From positions 66,280,001-66,344,000 of the forward strand of contig NW_024704742.1 of NCBI RefSeq assembly GCF_018977255.1: 64,000 bases of DNA, read 5' to 3'. Positions 49,386-62,460 of this stretch are shown in pieces. The notes below the pieces were generated by a model. That model was not told where the DNA came from, ran no database searches, and saw only the letters and a program-made list of their open reading frames with translations. The translations under genes and the position numbers were made by a program. Numbering within the stretch: the stretch's first letter is position 1; every line of letters starts with the position of its first letter. The DNA comes from Callorhinchus milii. Taxonomy: Eukaryota.

Positions 49386-51650
49386 CCCACGGCCTGGACT
49401 GGAATTGCAAATCTTTAAGTTATTGGAGGACTGCATATGGCACAGACACTTTTCAGACCCAGCTAATGCAGTTCAAAGTTGGAATTCTACATTACATTTT
49501 CTGCTCTTATTTACTCAAAGCGGTCTTGCTTCATTCACTTTGCTTTTACTGCGTGCAGCTACATGCTGTATTTGGTGATAGGTATCTAATATGACCATTT
49601 TAGATACCTTCAGATTGGGCACCTGGTGCTTTATGAATTAATAAAAATTGTGTACAATCATCACAACTTGTATCAATCACAGATGAAAAGAAACCTGAAA
49701 TTACAGGTCTCCATGGGAGGGGAAATGCACTACTGTAGAAAGTGAAGTATGTTTATGTAAGTACATTAAATATAATGGAGTGCTTTGTACTTGGAATTCT
49801 CTTACTTTTATTTTCTCTTAAAATGTTGAATTTTATCCGCACACGATTTGATGGAGCATATTTGAGGATGTCTGATAACTTTTTACTTTTTAGATCACAG
49901 TTTCGACTTGCATCTTATGTGATCTTATTAGTTTCCACTGTAATTAACTGTAGGTTACAGTTGTAAACAATTTTAAGTAGGTAATGCCATGCAAATTCTG
50001 GTCAAACTGTAGGATGAAGAATCCGATTAAGTCTATTAATAGGCAGTCTTAAGTATACTACTGATTTACAGGTTAGTGATGCATCATGGCAGGAATAAAT
50101 AGTCTGAGAGGAAACAACGCTCAATAACAAAAAGGTAAAATTTCAGTTAGTGAAAATAATTAATTGCCAGTATTATGATATGCAATTTACTATTTACCTT
50201 ATCTGAAATTTAGACACATATCTAGACTGATGATATGACTATGCAGCTCTGGGTAATCTATCTGTCGTCTCCTCAGTATTTCCTGGAAGGTGAGATATTC
50301 CAGATTAATCGTGCTACACAGAGAGGAGAGTGAACTTTGGGGTTCAAGTGTTTTGGTTCAAAATGTATCCATCTCCTCAACTTTGTCAGCCTTCTACCTC
50401 CAAACATGCATTTAGTACTGCAGCGTAACAGCGAGCAGGAGGAAGCAGTATAAGCACAACAATGAAACTGCAAGCAACTTTGGTGACTTGATGACTCAAG
50501 TACTATTGTTTGTTCTTGGCAACATGATGCAGGAGACTTCTTGGTTGCATACATTGAATGACAATGCAATTTCACAATAACAACAACAATAGTTGCCCTT
50601 CCTGCAGATAGCATCTTGGAGATCTTAAATAATTTAAACAATTTAAGAGATTGTATTTGGATATTCTGGCAGTCTGACTCATTATTAAAAAAATATTAAT
50701 TTACACTTATTTCTTCTTCCAAAGCATATTAGAATTACACAAACATATCCTTGAAATTATAATTGTTTGACTAAATTACCTGAAAGCATTCAATTTACAT
50801 GTAATCAAGATACCCTATATAGATTCTGATTAAAGTTTTATGGATATCTGTGGGTTATTATATCCCCTATTTATCTAATAATTTGATCTTAAAGAGCAAT
50901 AAACTCTTTCATCCAGGGTGAAACCTCGGGCAAGTTTCCTTGCTTCACATGCCTGCTAATAATCCCTCAAAAATAACAATAATAATTTGGTTACTCAAGT
51001 GTTTCGCCAACAAATATACAGTCAATTCACTTTACAGTATATACTGTGAAGCGCTTTGAGAGGACTAGAAGACGTGAAAAGCACTATATCAAATGCAAGG
51101 ATTATTATTTTATTTTTATGTTCTCAATCTTTGTTGCATTGCCAAATAAGAGACTATTCATAAGATTCATCATTTTCTCCCAGAGCAAAGATTTTTCAAT
51201 TTACACATTAGCAGTGGCAAGACAATGATGAATATTCTACAGTCTGCTGAAATTTATATGGATATCCTATTGGATTAAATTTGTTGCATGTTAGAATTTT
51301 TTTGTTAATGTTTGTACTTAAAGGCAAGTGATTCTCAATTTCAAGGTCCTCACCTTCACCTACAAATCTGTTTCACTCCCTGCTTATTTGCTCCTTATTG
51401 CTTTGATCTCCTTCTACCCTACTTCTCTCCACTCAGGTAACGTGGGCTTGCTGTGGGTCCTCCATCTCCGCACTATTATTGTTGGCCAAGCCTTCAATTC
51501 CTATGACCCAAACATTTGGAACTCCCTCCCTATGCTGCCTTGCCACTTTTCTGTCCTGCCTTAAATCCAACCTCTTTAAACATGTCTTCTATTGCTTCCC
51601 CCATCTTCCTCTGCCCCCATCGATGTCTAAACATGTTCTTGAGCACTAAA

Positions 51651-51955
51651 TAATAATAATAATCCTTGCATTTGATATAAGGCTTTTCACGTCTTCTAGA
51701 CGTCTCAAAGCGCTTCACAGAAAAGACTGTAAAGTGAATTGACTGTATATGTGTGGGTGAAATACGGCAGCCATTTGCGCACAGCAGTGTCCCACAAACA
51801 GTCATGGATTGAAGTGACTATTGTTTTTTTTCTTGAGGGATTATTATCAGGGGTGTGGAGTAAGGAAATTTGCTCAAGGTTTCACCTGCCGGGACTCAAG
51901 CCCAGGTCTCTCACTTGCAAAGCGAGTGCTCTAACCACTGAGCCACAGTAATCCA
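51651..51955 (-). mobile_element. tRNA-derived SINE
   Basis: Minus-strand full-length short-type copy. Confidence 0.85.
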
Positions 51956-52388
51956 AGATGTTCCTCTACGTGAAGGCACTATTAAATGCAAATTGTTGTT
52001 GCAATGTAAAACATTTGTATTTTTGATATCTAGTTGAAGTATCCAGTTCTGCCCAGTGGATGCTTTTCTTTCATTTTATTCTGAACTAGTCCATTTGCCA
52101 GAGGTAAGAAGAGTGTGCTAATTTACTTTATCATTCAGTTTCCTGCCTCAATATTTGTTACCACACTTTTTAAAAAAAAGTAATTTTCTTCATTTTTTTA
52201 TGGGCACAAAATGATTTTATTACATGCTTGTCTTTAATATGTAATGACATTGATACAAGTGTATTACAAATTAGCCAGTACTGTAGGTTTATTGAGAAAT
52301 AATTATTGACTGAGTATGTTTTTATGTTGCAGGAAGCTGACAAAGAAAGTTCAGGGCTGCATTTTGGCTTCAACTTCACAATTGGCAG

Positions 52389-52500
52389 ATGTCGCAGGCG
52401 TCTGGTGGGATGTTGTTTCCTTTGAGCACGCTAGTGGGACAGAAAAGGGTATCTCCAGCTGAAATGGAGGACAGAGAAGTGGAGGATCTCCTAGAATCAG
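52389..52500 (+). CDS. CCDC142: CCDC142 first coding exon (exon acceptor at 52333)
   Basis: MSQASGGMLFPL resembles the human start MAQAS. CAG|gtaag donor, phase 1. Confidence 0.72.
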
Positions 52501-53430
52501 GTAAGGAGCTGAATACAAAGTTTTCTTTATTGACCGACATTCTGTGGTTAAAACACCTTAATTGAAGTAAATAGGAATGCTGTTTTTTATAAATAAACAC
52601 AAATAGAAGTTGTTTTAATTAATTTGGTGTAGAAAGACTGGAGCGCTGTGAGATTGAAAATTTTCATTGGAATCAGCTGGGTTGAGTCTCCTTACAAAAC
52701 AGGGAACAAAATATTAGGCAGTCTCAAAGAGGGAAAAAGAACTACCTTTTCCCTGTGGAGAAATGTTTGGCATGCACTAACTGTATTCTGATAATGACAT
52801 ATTAGAGCTTGCTTGCAGATAGTATTGGGCAAAAGCAAGTGTCCTACCACTCTATGTGGAGCACTTTGGAGCTCAGCTATCCTACAGAAATTGAATACAG
52901 TAGCCTTCAAGCACAACATTCAGTGTAGCTAGTCCTTCACCACAGCCAATAAACAAATGATCCTTGTCTCAGATGTCTTGTGGTTGTAAATCATAAGGAC
53001 AGAAATTAATCAGAACATTTCTCCAATAGGCAAAAATCCATTTGGGTTGAAGCAAAAATAAAGGTTACAATACAAAGTCAGTATTGATTACTGCAGCTCC
53101 ATGTTTAAAATGAAGATGATAGATACTGAAGAAGTGCGTCAGATTTATGAATGGGGTGTGAGAATATATGTTATCCTCTCTCAATGCTGTCACCAATAAT
53201 TATAAATAAGACAGTGAGAAGAAGGGTGCAAAACTAAAAATAAAACTGAAAAGAGAATTTTTTTTGAACCCAAGAGCTGTGACATTGTACAGTTTTTTCT
53301 CCAGGCCCTGATCTCACTGTAATTTTACATGGACAGGGCTCGCGCTCTTCCTCCCCCTGCTCTGATTCGGCATTGGTACCAGCCATTCAGCCCAACCAGA
53401 ATTCGTATAAATATTTAGAATCCGACAATC

Positions 53431-53745
53431 GGAGTCCTGTAGCTCAGTGGTTAGAGCACTCGCTTTGCAAGAGAGAGACTGAGTTCAATTCCAGGCAGAG
53501 GGCGAAACCTTGGGCAAGTTTCCTTACTCCACACAGAGCCTAATAATAATACCTCCAAAACCAAAAACAATAATAAAAATTTTCAATCTACGACTGTTTG
53601 TGGGACATTGCTGTGCGCAATTGGCTGCCGCGTTCGCCCACAAATATACAGTCAATTCACTTTACAGTGTGTTCTGTGAAGCGCTTTGGGACGTCCTCCC
53701 GACGTGAAAAGCGCTGTATCAAATGCAAGGATTATCATTATCATT
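53431..53745 (+). mobile_element. tRNA-derived SINE, young subfamily
   Basis: Near-identical to the copies at 14527, 40873 and 60997. Confidence 0.9.
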
Positions 53746-55472
53746 AATACCAGTAAATACCATTATCACTAATGTTTTCACAGTTGGCCTGTTACACCCT
53801 TCTTTTCCCTCCATCTCTCCCTCAAATAAAATTAGTACATTACAATTTTCTAATGATGGAAAATGGCAGCTGTTCAATTTTACCAGTCAAATGTCGCTTT
53901 CCATCTTGATCTTGTTTGTTTGTTTGGCAGAAAGCAGTTTGCAGCTTGTTTAGATATTGCCCTTTTAACATTTTGTGAGGCCTAGGGCTACAAAGCTCTG
54001 TTAACCCTTCATCTTTTAACCTAAAGTAGAGTAAGAAATGTAAACCCCAGAATGTAAAATGTGATAGGAAGTGAGAGTATTTATAATAATAAATATTCTT
54101 GCATTCAGTATAGCGCCTATAACATTGAGTGCTCTGCAAAGTTTCGATAAAGTGTAGTGACTAGTTTTAAGAAGATGTGACAGCAAATTTGTGGACAGCA
54201 ATTTCCACAGACAAGGGAATGACTAATTGTACCTCCCCCGGAACCGCAAAGGAGTGTCAGCCTGGATTATTAAGTCAAAGTGTCAAATGTGGGGTTTGAA
54301 ATCCACAATCTTGTAACCCAGAGGCGAGAGAGAGTACAACCAACTGAGCCAGGTTGACATCTAGTTATGGAGAAAATGCAGGGAATAAAATATTCACCTT
54401 AATCTTAATAAAATTTTGAAAAAGATCACTGAGTCAAATGGCATATTCTGCTATTCTTTATGTTCTAGAGAGAGACATGACCTCAAGCCATCCTCCTATA
54501 CAGATGGCCCTGGACATGGCTTACACAGAGTAGGTCAATCGGAATCACAGTTTAAACGTCTTAAACTATCCTTTCAGGGAAAGGTTCATTTGGAGATCAG
54601 GTGGATTAAAAAATAAATTGCTTGAAGGCTTTAACAGTCTCTGAAACAATAAATTGCTTGAAGAGCTCCCGACGTGAAAAAAAATAATTTTGTTATTGAA
54701 GGCTTCAACAGTGCCTGAAAGTTATACTGTGTTTGGTTTGGGCCTGAGAGAAATTTTCTCCTCAGGGAGCAGCCTTATTTATAAAGGATACTACACAAGA
54801 GAATTACATTAGCAATCCTTTCATAGAACTATTAGAACTTCCAGAATGAAGGACTCTTACTCCAATTGTAGTTGCTTCGTCAACTCAGACCTCATTTGTC
54901 ACAAATAGTATTGGAAAAGATCATAAGTTACTTTCTGATACCCAGAAATTCCAGTGATTGATATTTCATTTTGGATCTATGTCCATTTTCTCAAAAGAAG
55001 AAAAATTCAGAATCATAATACTGCCTCAGAGAAATTAGGTCTATTGCAGCAAGCTAATATCTATAATGACTGGCCCACTAAATCTAGCATTAATGATGCA
55101 GTTTTTGATCACAGCAGAAATAAAATCTGCATATGTCAGGCTTCCTGGAAGTAGTTACCTTTATCGTTTCCTACACCAGATTGCATAATCCGAATAGTGA
55201 TAACGCTTCCATTTGATACAGCATCTTTCATGTTGGAAGGATATCTCAAAGTGCTTCACAGGATTTTCTGTAAAGTGTGTATTTTGTGGGTGAATTTAGC
55301 AGCCAATTTCTGTGCAGCATAAGAACATTTCTCCATATCTCATACAGTGAGTCCCTCACAGGGACTCTCTATCAGTTGGTTAACAGGAATCCTATTATGA
55401 TCTCCAATGGTGGGGAACTTGGAACATGTGTAGTATGCATATGGCTGTAGTTGATATAATTTTATTTTTCAG

Positions 55473-55537
55473 ATAAGCGAGAGTCATCTTCTCCAAAGGC
55501 TCTTGAATTGCAAATGATCCCATCAACTGAAGATAAC
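55473..55537 (+). CDS. CCDC142: CCDC142 coding exon (DKRESSSPKALELQMIPSTEDN)
   Basis: tttttcag| acceptor and |gtaagt donor. Phase 1-0. Confidence 0.65.
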
Positions 55538-55792
55538 GTAAGTCTATTTTTAAAAATATTTTATTTGACCCATTTTAGTTACAGATACGATGTTTACAAT
55601 ATTTTATTGCCAAGCATGTCACCTTGGGGCCAGTGCAGAACTAAAGAAACCCAGTTTACCTTTTTGACAAGGAGGAAAAGTACTAATAAAAAAGAAGTAT
55701 TGGGTCCTTTTTTTTGGTTACTTAATAATAATAATTCTTGCATTTGCTATAGTACCTTATCACGTCTTTGATCTTAGCTTTATTTATTTCAG

Positions 55793-55934
55793 GATGATGT
55801 AGCAGTTATCACACCACCAGATGATACAGAAGACATCAAACCCCAGATGAGATCATTAAGCCCCTTGTCATTGACAAGCATATCACCAGATGAAACTGTG
55901 CAAAAAGAAAAACCTGATCATTTAAATGGGCCAG
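55793..55934 (+). CDS. CCDC142: CCDC142 coding exon (DDVAVITPP...HLNGP)
   Basis: atttcag| acceptor and CAG|gtgggt donor. Phase 0-1, links in frame to the large exon. Confidence 0.68.
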
Positions 55935-56658
55935 GTGGGTTTGTTACTTTTAATTGTTATGAAGCACAGAGCAGTGAGATATGTGGATGATTTCTTGAAG
56001 GTAAATCTTTAACTTAACAAACTTTAAAAAGTGCTAAATTATTCCTAAATACATCATCAACATATTAAAATGACCTGCATTTGTAAATGAGCCTTCAGTT
56101 TTATTTTGACCGTTATAACTATATGTTCCTGATTCTCGTGTCAGTTCCACAGATGCATCAGGTTAATTTCCACCAACTTTCCAATTCAGGCATCAATTAA
56201 CCAGAATTTAAGATTTTCTTGATTGAAAAATTAAGATCTAGCTGGACCTTGAACTTTTACAACACGAGATGAAAGATTAAACTTGAACCCACAACTTTGT
56301 GACTTGGTGGCAAGAATGGCAGCAATTGAGCCAAACTGATGTTACATCATCCAAATATATACATAAGCTGACTTATTAGGAGAAATATTTATTTGAATAC
56401 AAATCTGTAATCTTTTATAATTAATGTATTACATTATCGTAGGGCTCTAAAATGACCATAAGATAACTGTTCCTCATGCCTTTAAATTTTGCGCCCTAGA
56501 CAGAGTGCATCACTGGACATTCAACCTGTTAACTCACATTGTTAAAGGTGCTTCGCTTCATAGAATTTCTTTCCGTATCCAGTATACACAATACAATTCT
56601 ATCACAAATGTCTGAATGTTACCTGTGTTAATGTGTGTATTATACTCTTTATTTCCAG

Positions 56659-58368
56659 GTTCAGGGCCACCATACAGTTTTACAAAGTCGTTGCAGAAGG
56701 CTGAAGCTCTACTGTGGAATAGACTTCAACCTGGATGGAAATGGCTAATGAAGCAACGAGCAGAAGGTGGTTTTTCAGAAGTGGATAGTGATGATTCATT
56801 GTTATCTTCAGATCCAGATGGCATCTCCATCTCAGGAAAACTGGCTAATGTGGAGCAGTTTATCTTAGGCCTGAATAAATGTTGTCAACTACAACGAGGT
56901 TTAAAAGGTGCTTTGCTTCAGGGTCATGTGAAATCATTATCCTCAGATGTTCCTTTTATCTCTGAGTTTCATTACCATCCATCCATTTCTAATTTGGGAA
57001 AGCATTACGCCAAGCTTCATTTACTAATGGAGACCAGATCTCGTCTCGTTCTCAATAAAGTGTATGCCAGCCGTTTAATGGATGCATCTGAATTTGTACG
57101 AAGACTGACTGGTTTGCTGATGCACCAAGAGCATGAAATGTCAAAAATAGAACTGGATGATATAAGTGTCACATCTGTTAAGGGACTTGGAGGTCTTTGC
57201 GAGGAGCTAAAATGCCATACAAACCACTGGAAATGCCTTGGTGAAAAAATTAGAAACGACCCCTGGCTAAGTCCTCAACTTTTGTATATGAAAGAAAACC
57301 TTCAATATATGAACAAGACTTTGACATTATTAAGCTTGTATGCTGTTTTTCTTATGGAACAATATATTTGCACAATAATTTGTACTTTAGCTTGCTCCCA
57401 GCCATCTAGTATGTCCTCAAAATCCCTCTGGGAATTTTTTCATGGTCTGGAAATATTCAACAACATTGTATCAGAGTTCAAAATAGACCACTCATATCTT
57501 AAACTGCAAAACCATGTTGAAGAAATGAATGTAAATGAATCGGATTTACTCTCCCAAAGCCTGAAAGTAAACATGTGTAGGCGGAATGGGAACTGGCATA
57601 TTGAACCATTTCTTATAGATAGAGTGTTGAGGATTTTGGCTGATGAACGAGGAAGAATAGCAGCCCAACATTTTTATGAAGTTATCAGTACAAATAATAC
57701 ATTTCTTTCAACCGCAAACCAAAATGGTTTGAACAGCCTAGAATGGGAAAATATAAATGTGCCTTTTCTTCAGACAGATATGGGTGACGACCTTAATTTT
57801 TTTTGTGGTAAAGAAATAAAAATAAGTCTATGTCGACCAAAACTGGGGGCTGGTCAACTGGCATTGGGACCTTGTAGCTCAATAAACTCCATCCAGGAAT
57901 TCTGCTTGGAGGACAAGGAACTCATGAACTATATTTTTGAGGGTCTTATTACCTCTAACATGCTTTGGCAGCTTGTTCTAAACCGACCCAAACCTGATCA
58001 ACTGCAGGAAAGTAAATCTGGTGGCCTGCAGATACAGGGCAACGTAATGCCTTTAGCAGAAAACTACCCTCAACGAGGCTCAGAAACAAAGCAAAATGAC
58101 GAAATAAATCCAAACCCTCATTTATCCCCAATCAGGAGAAAATCTGTCCACTGGCAGGACTCCTCAAATTCTGAAGGAAAAGCTCTGCTGCTTTCAAACT
58201 ATAGGAATATGATGTGGAAAGCATTTGGAACCCATTTGAGAGATCAGTTCTACTTACAGCCATGGCTTTCTTATGACCCTTGTAACAATGCCATTGGAAA
58301 TATAGACCAGTGCAAAGCTCAGATCACTGTACTACTTACTCAAGTATTGCATGAAGCATGTTATAAAG
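56659..58368 (+). CDS. CCDC142: CCDC142 large 1710-nt coding exon
   Basis: Long ORF. PFLIDRVLRILADERG and LLSNYRNMMWKAF align with recalled human PFPTSRVLRLLTGERG and LWSQYWTLLWAAC. ttccag| acceptor and AAG|gtatgt donor. Confidence 0.9.
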
Positions 58369-60616
58369 GTATGTGAGTAGGCCATGTATTTTCACAATAT
58401 GTCTAGTGTGATAGTTTTTATAGAATAATATTTTTTGGGAAGACATCTCAAAAGTGCTTTACATGATATACTTTGAAGTGTAGTGACTGTATTTTGAGGG
58501 CAAAAGGTCAATTTGCACACAGCAGCATCCCACAAACAGACATGAACTGAATGGTAAATATTCATTATATTCATAAAATGGAAATGAAGTGTTTATAAAA
58601 TAATAAAATAATCCTCACATTTGTATTTGAGGCAATCCTTACCTCATCTTCATAAAGTACAATATTCTATATTAAATTGCCAGATATCAGCTTGGCTCAG
58701 TTAGTACCACTCTCACTTCTGAGTCAGAAGATTGTCATAGTCCATGTTGCAAAACCAGTGCAGTACCAGGGATGTGCTGCATTGCCAGAGGTGCCACCTG
58801 TTTGGATGAGACATTGAACATTGGTTTTGTCTGCCTGCTCAGGTGATATTTGAAGATCCCATAGCACTATTTGAAAAGAGAATGAGGTTTTTTCTGATGT
58901 CCTGCAAAACAATCCTCCCAGAAAAATTGGTCATTCTGTTCAAATCCTGTGAAGTGCTTTGAGATGTTTGTCGACATGATCATAATAATCCTTGTATTTG
59001 ATAGAGTGCCTTGTCATGTTGTTAAGGTGTCTCAAAGCGATTTACAGGAATTACTGTAATGACTGTGTATTTGTAGGTGAATGTGACAGCCAATTTGTGC
59101 ACAGCAATGTCCCACAAATAGCCATGAAGTGAATGACCAATTTTATCTGAGGCACCATATTAAATGCAAGGATTATTATTATTATCATTATCTAATGTCC
59201 AGGGTAGAGCTTTGATTTAGCATACTTCTGATATGAGTGTTGTGCCAGGATTACATCCTGCATACAAACTCTTAGACAAGTAAGAATACTGCAGTTGAGG
59301 TTGTGTGATTCTAGTTAGTTAGACTGCAGCAGAACCCCAATGCACACTTGGGCCCCCAAGCCCTGACTCTTGCCAACCTGAGTAATACTTACTGGAATTA
59401 GGTAAGCAGGATGCATCCCTCCAGGGAGAGAATGCACATTCCACTCCTACAATCTATCTGGAATTTCCATGTGTAGGTGGGATGCATGGAATTCTCAAAA
59501 CAAAAACAGAAGTCGCTGGGAACACTTCTGTTTTTGTTTTCAGATTTGCAGCATCTGCAGTATTTCGTATTTTTTTTGCATGAAATTCTCAGTTTGGTTT
59601 GGGTGCTCTTAAGCATGGTGATAGGTTTGTGCATGTGTCAGACACCTGGCTAACCCTTCCTACCCCCTCCCCCCTACACACACACACACACAACAAGTTG
59701 ATCTAGTAGGCTTAGCTGGTGATTATTTTTGTTGTTTTAGTTAACTCATTGATATGTGGATTGCAAAAGAATAGAGTAGGAAAATCAATTCCAGTGATGT
59801 ATCATAGAAATGTAGGAATGTACAAAACTGGAAAAGACCTATGGGTATGTCGAGTGGGCCTCAAAAGTTTTGAAAAAATATATAACCCTATACTGTACTT
59901 CTCATATCCTTTAATTGATTTATTTGCCAAATAGCTATCTACTTCCCTGTCTCATTTTACCTCCATTGACACTCTTGGTAGTCTATGCCAGATATTCTCC
60001 ATTAACTAAAATAATTAAATTCATACTGCTTGCTTTTGTGTTCTGTAAAATAACTATTGAAATTGATTTTGTTTCTGCAAAATATTCTGTATCTTGGGTG
60101 TTATATTTTGGAGGTAATCAAAAATACTGAATTATAACATTAACAAAATAACCTCTAGATTTCCATTTAGGAGAACACAGTACACGAAAAGTTAATAATT
60201 TAATGGCTGCAGTTTGATGCTGTAGCACCACCGCGTGGTCTAAATATGTTACATCAAGTGATGCTCAGAAACAAATATATTCTAGGCTTTTGTTTTGGTC
60301 AGCTATTTAAGAGTATTGAAGCTAAACTAAGTGATCCATGCATCCCATCTATACGTTCACCCACAAAATACATACAGTCATGCCACTTTACCGTATATCC
60401 TCATGAAGCATTTTGAGACCTGTTAAGGCCCTCAATCAAATGCAAGGATTATTATATTATTATAGTACGAGTATCAACGTGGCATGGGTCATGAGTACAA
60501 TGCTGAACACCTGACCCCCAGATTGATCCACGGATTTAGCTCAAATCCAGTGATACATGGAAGATTCTTTTCTCAAAGGAGGAAGATCTTTGGCTGCCGC
60601 GTTTCGCCCACATATA

Positions 60617-60996
60617 TACAATCAATTCACTTTATAGTATATTCTGTGAAGCGCTTTGAGACGTCTGGAAAACGTGAAAAGTGCCATATATCAAATGCAA
60701 ATATTATTTATTATTATGTTAAGAGCCACAAAATCTTAATATATTGCTCACATATATATTGGTTGCCTGTGTTGTGTCAGGTTTAAATATTCAATCAATG
60801 TACTATTTACAATCAATTCACTTTATAGTATATTCTGTGAAGCGCTTTGAGACATCTGGAAAACGTGAAAAGTGCCATATATCAAATGCAAATATTATTT
60901 ATTATTATGTTAAGAGCCACAAAATCTTAATATATTGCTCACATATATATTGGTTGCCTGTGTTGTGTCAGGTTTAAATATTCAATCAATGTACTA
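60617..60996 (+). repeat. Tandem duplication, two ~189-bp units (60617-60805 and 60808-60996)
   Basis: The units look identical by eye apart from one G/A difference. Confidence 0.95.
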
Positions 60997-61320
60997 GTGG
61001 AGTCCTGTAGCTCAGTGGTTAGAGCACTCGCTTTGCAAGCGAGAGACCTGAGTTCAATTCCAGGCAGAGGGCGAGACCTTGGGCAAGTTTCCTTACTCCA
61101 CACACCTAATAATAATCCCTCCAAAACCAAAAACAATAATAAATTGGTCATTTTCAATCTACGACTGTTTGTGGGACATTGCTGTGCGCAATTGGCTGCC
61201 GCGTTCGCCCACAAATATACAGTCAATTCACTTTACAGTGTGTTCTGTGAAGCGCTTTGGGACGTCCTCCCGACGTGAAAAGCGCTATATCAAATGCAAG
61301 GATTATTATTATTATTATTT
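60997..61320 (+). mobile_element. tRNA-derived SINE, young subfamily
   Basis: Near-identical to the copies at 14527, 40873 and 53431. Confidence 0.9.
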
Positions 61321-61759
61321 CTGAACTTTAATAAATTGCCATGATATTTGATATTTGCATGGAAACTACAGTTACAGTTATTACAGTTATTATCAAAGTC
61401 CTAGATTTCTATTCTTGGTAGGCAGCTCGGACATAACTTCCATAAGACTAAGACGTTTTTCAAAGAGGAAGGGAAAATCAAGAGGTTGAGCCAGTTTTCA
61501 TATAATCTAGCGGCTGGCTCAAGAATCGCAGAGGCCCATTTACCATCTGAGGAGATGGTAATCATGTTTAGCATGGGGGAGCAGGAAGAAGTGAAACATA
61601 ATCTTAGCGAAAGATGAAATTAATAACAGTCAAATAAGCAAAATTGCTCGGCATTGTTTGCGCGATTTTCTCACAGTTCGAGGCAAGCAATTCATGTGAT
61701 ATATTTTGAGAATTATTCTACTTTTAAAATATTTCATTGCTGTCTATTCATTCTTTCAG

Positions 61760-61846
61760 GATTACTACCAGGGGATTGCGAGCCAGTCATAAAGGATCTT
61801 TGTCTCCACATGCTCTCAAGGGTTGCCCTCATTCATTGGGATCAAG
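61760..61846 (+). CDS. CCDC142: CCDC142 coding exon
   Basis: GLLPGDCEPVIKDLCLHMLSRVALIHWDQ versus human SLPQECEKELASLCHRLLHQSLIWSWDQ. Phase 1-1. Confidence 0.9.
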
Positions 61847-62295
61847 GTATGTAAACAAAAACATAAAAGGATTTGGTCAGTAGAGGGCAGCAATACATCA
61901 TCCAATCATTTGGAAGTCTGATATGAGTTCAGCAAACTCTTGTAATACTCCAGCCTATAGAGCTATATATAACACGATATTTTAATGGCTGTTGTTTTTT
62001 ACTCTAGCTCTATAAAAGAGTTTGTTTGAGCCGACTAATTCAAAATAGAAACTTTTTTCCCATGAACTGAACTCCATTGTATTGTCCATTCCACGTAAGA
62101 CTTCAACATTTTCTTTAATTTCATTTTTAATTTGGATCATTTGTAAGTAATTAAAAGAAATTGTTGCGAAATGTATTATAAGTAATTATAGTAAATATTA
62201 AAAGAAAAAGCTAAAACTATAAAAAGTACCAAAAAGGAAGATAAAACGCAAGCTGCCATTGCATGATAGTTTAATGATTTGAACATTTGTTTTAG

Positions 62296-62460
62296 TTTTC
62301 TGCCATGCCTTGGGATCAGGGTTGAAGGACAGATGTTTTTGTGATCCTGAGAGCATTGGAGACGGAGTGAGAAGCAAGACAGCTGGCCTTTTCCTGGAGC
62401 TTTTTCGCCCTCTTTGTGCGATACTGACCTGGTTGAACTTGGAACAAAATCAGCGTGAAG
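62296..62460 (+). CDS. CCDC142: CCDC142 coding exon (gene continues past the window)
   Basis: VFCHALGSGL...KTAGLFLELFRPL versus human GFCQALGSAL...TAELLQQLFPPL. tttag| acceptor and AAG|gtcagt donor. Confidence 0.88.

Noticed and set aside
50072..50134. Possible 63-nt CCDC142 exon with two ATGs
   Set aside because: Both ATG frames stop within the segment. It could be a 5' UTR exon with uORFs, but only the splice-like dinucleotides support it.
54469..54583. Possible additional CCDC142 exon
   Set aside because: No good acceptor/donor pair gives the required phase 1-1 without a stop codon or a poor donor.
61487..61560. Two adjacent hairpins (ttgagccag/ctggctcaa and ttaccatct/agatggtaa) suggesting an intronic snoRNA or miRNA
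   Set aside because: No H (ANANNA) or ACA box in the correct position, no C/D boxes, and the stems are too short for a pre-miRNA.
61877..61892. CTCF-like motif TCAGTAGAGGGCAGCA (another at ~28666)
   Set aside because: Single imperfect motif matches are expected by chance in 64 kb, and there is no independent support.
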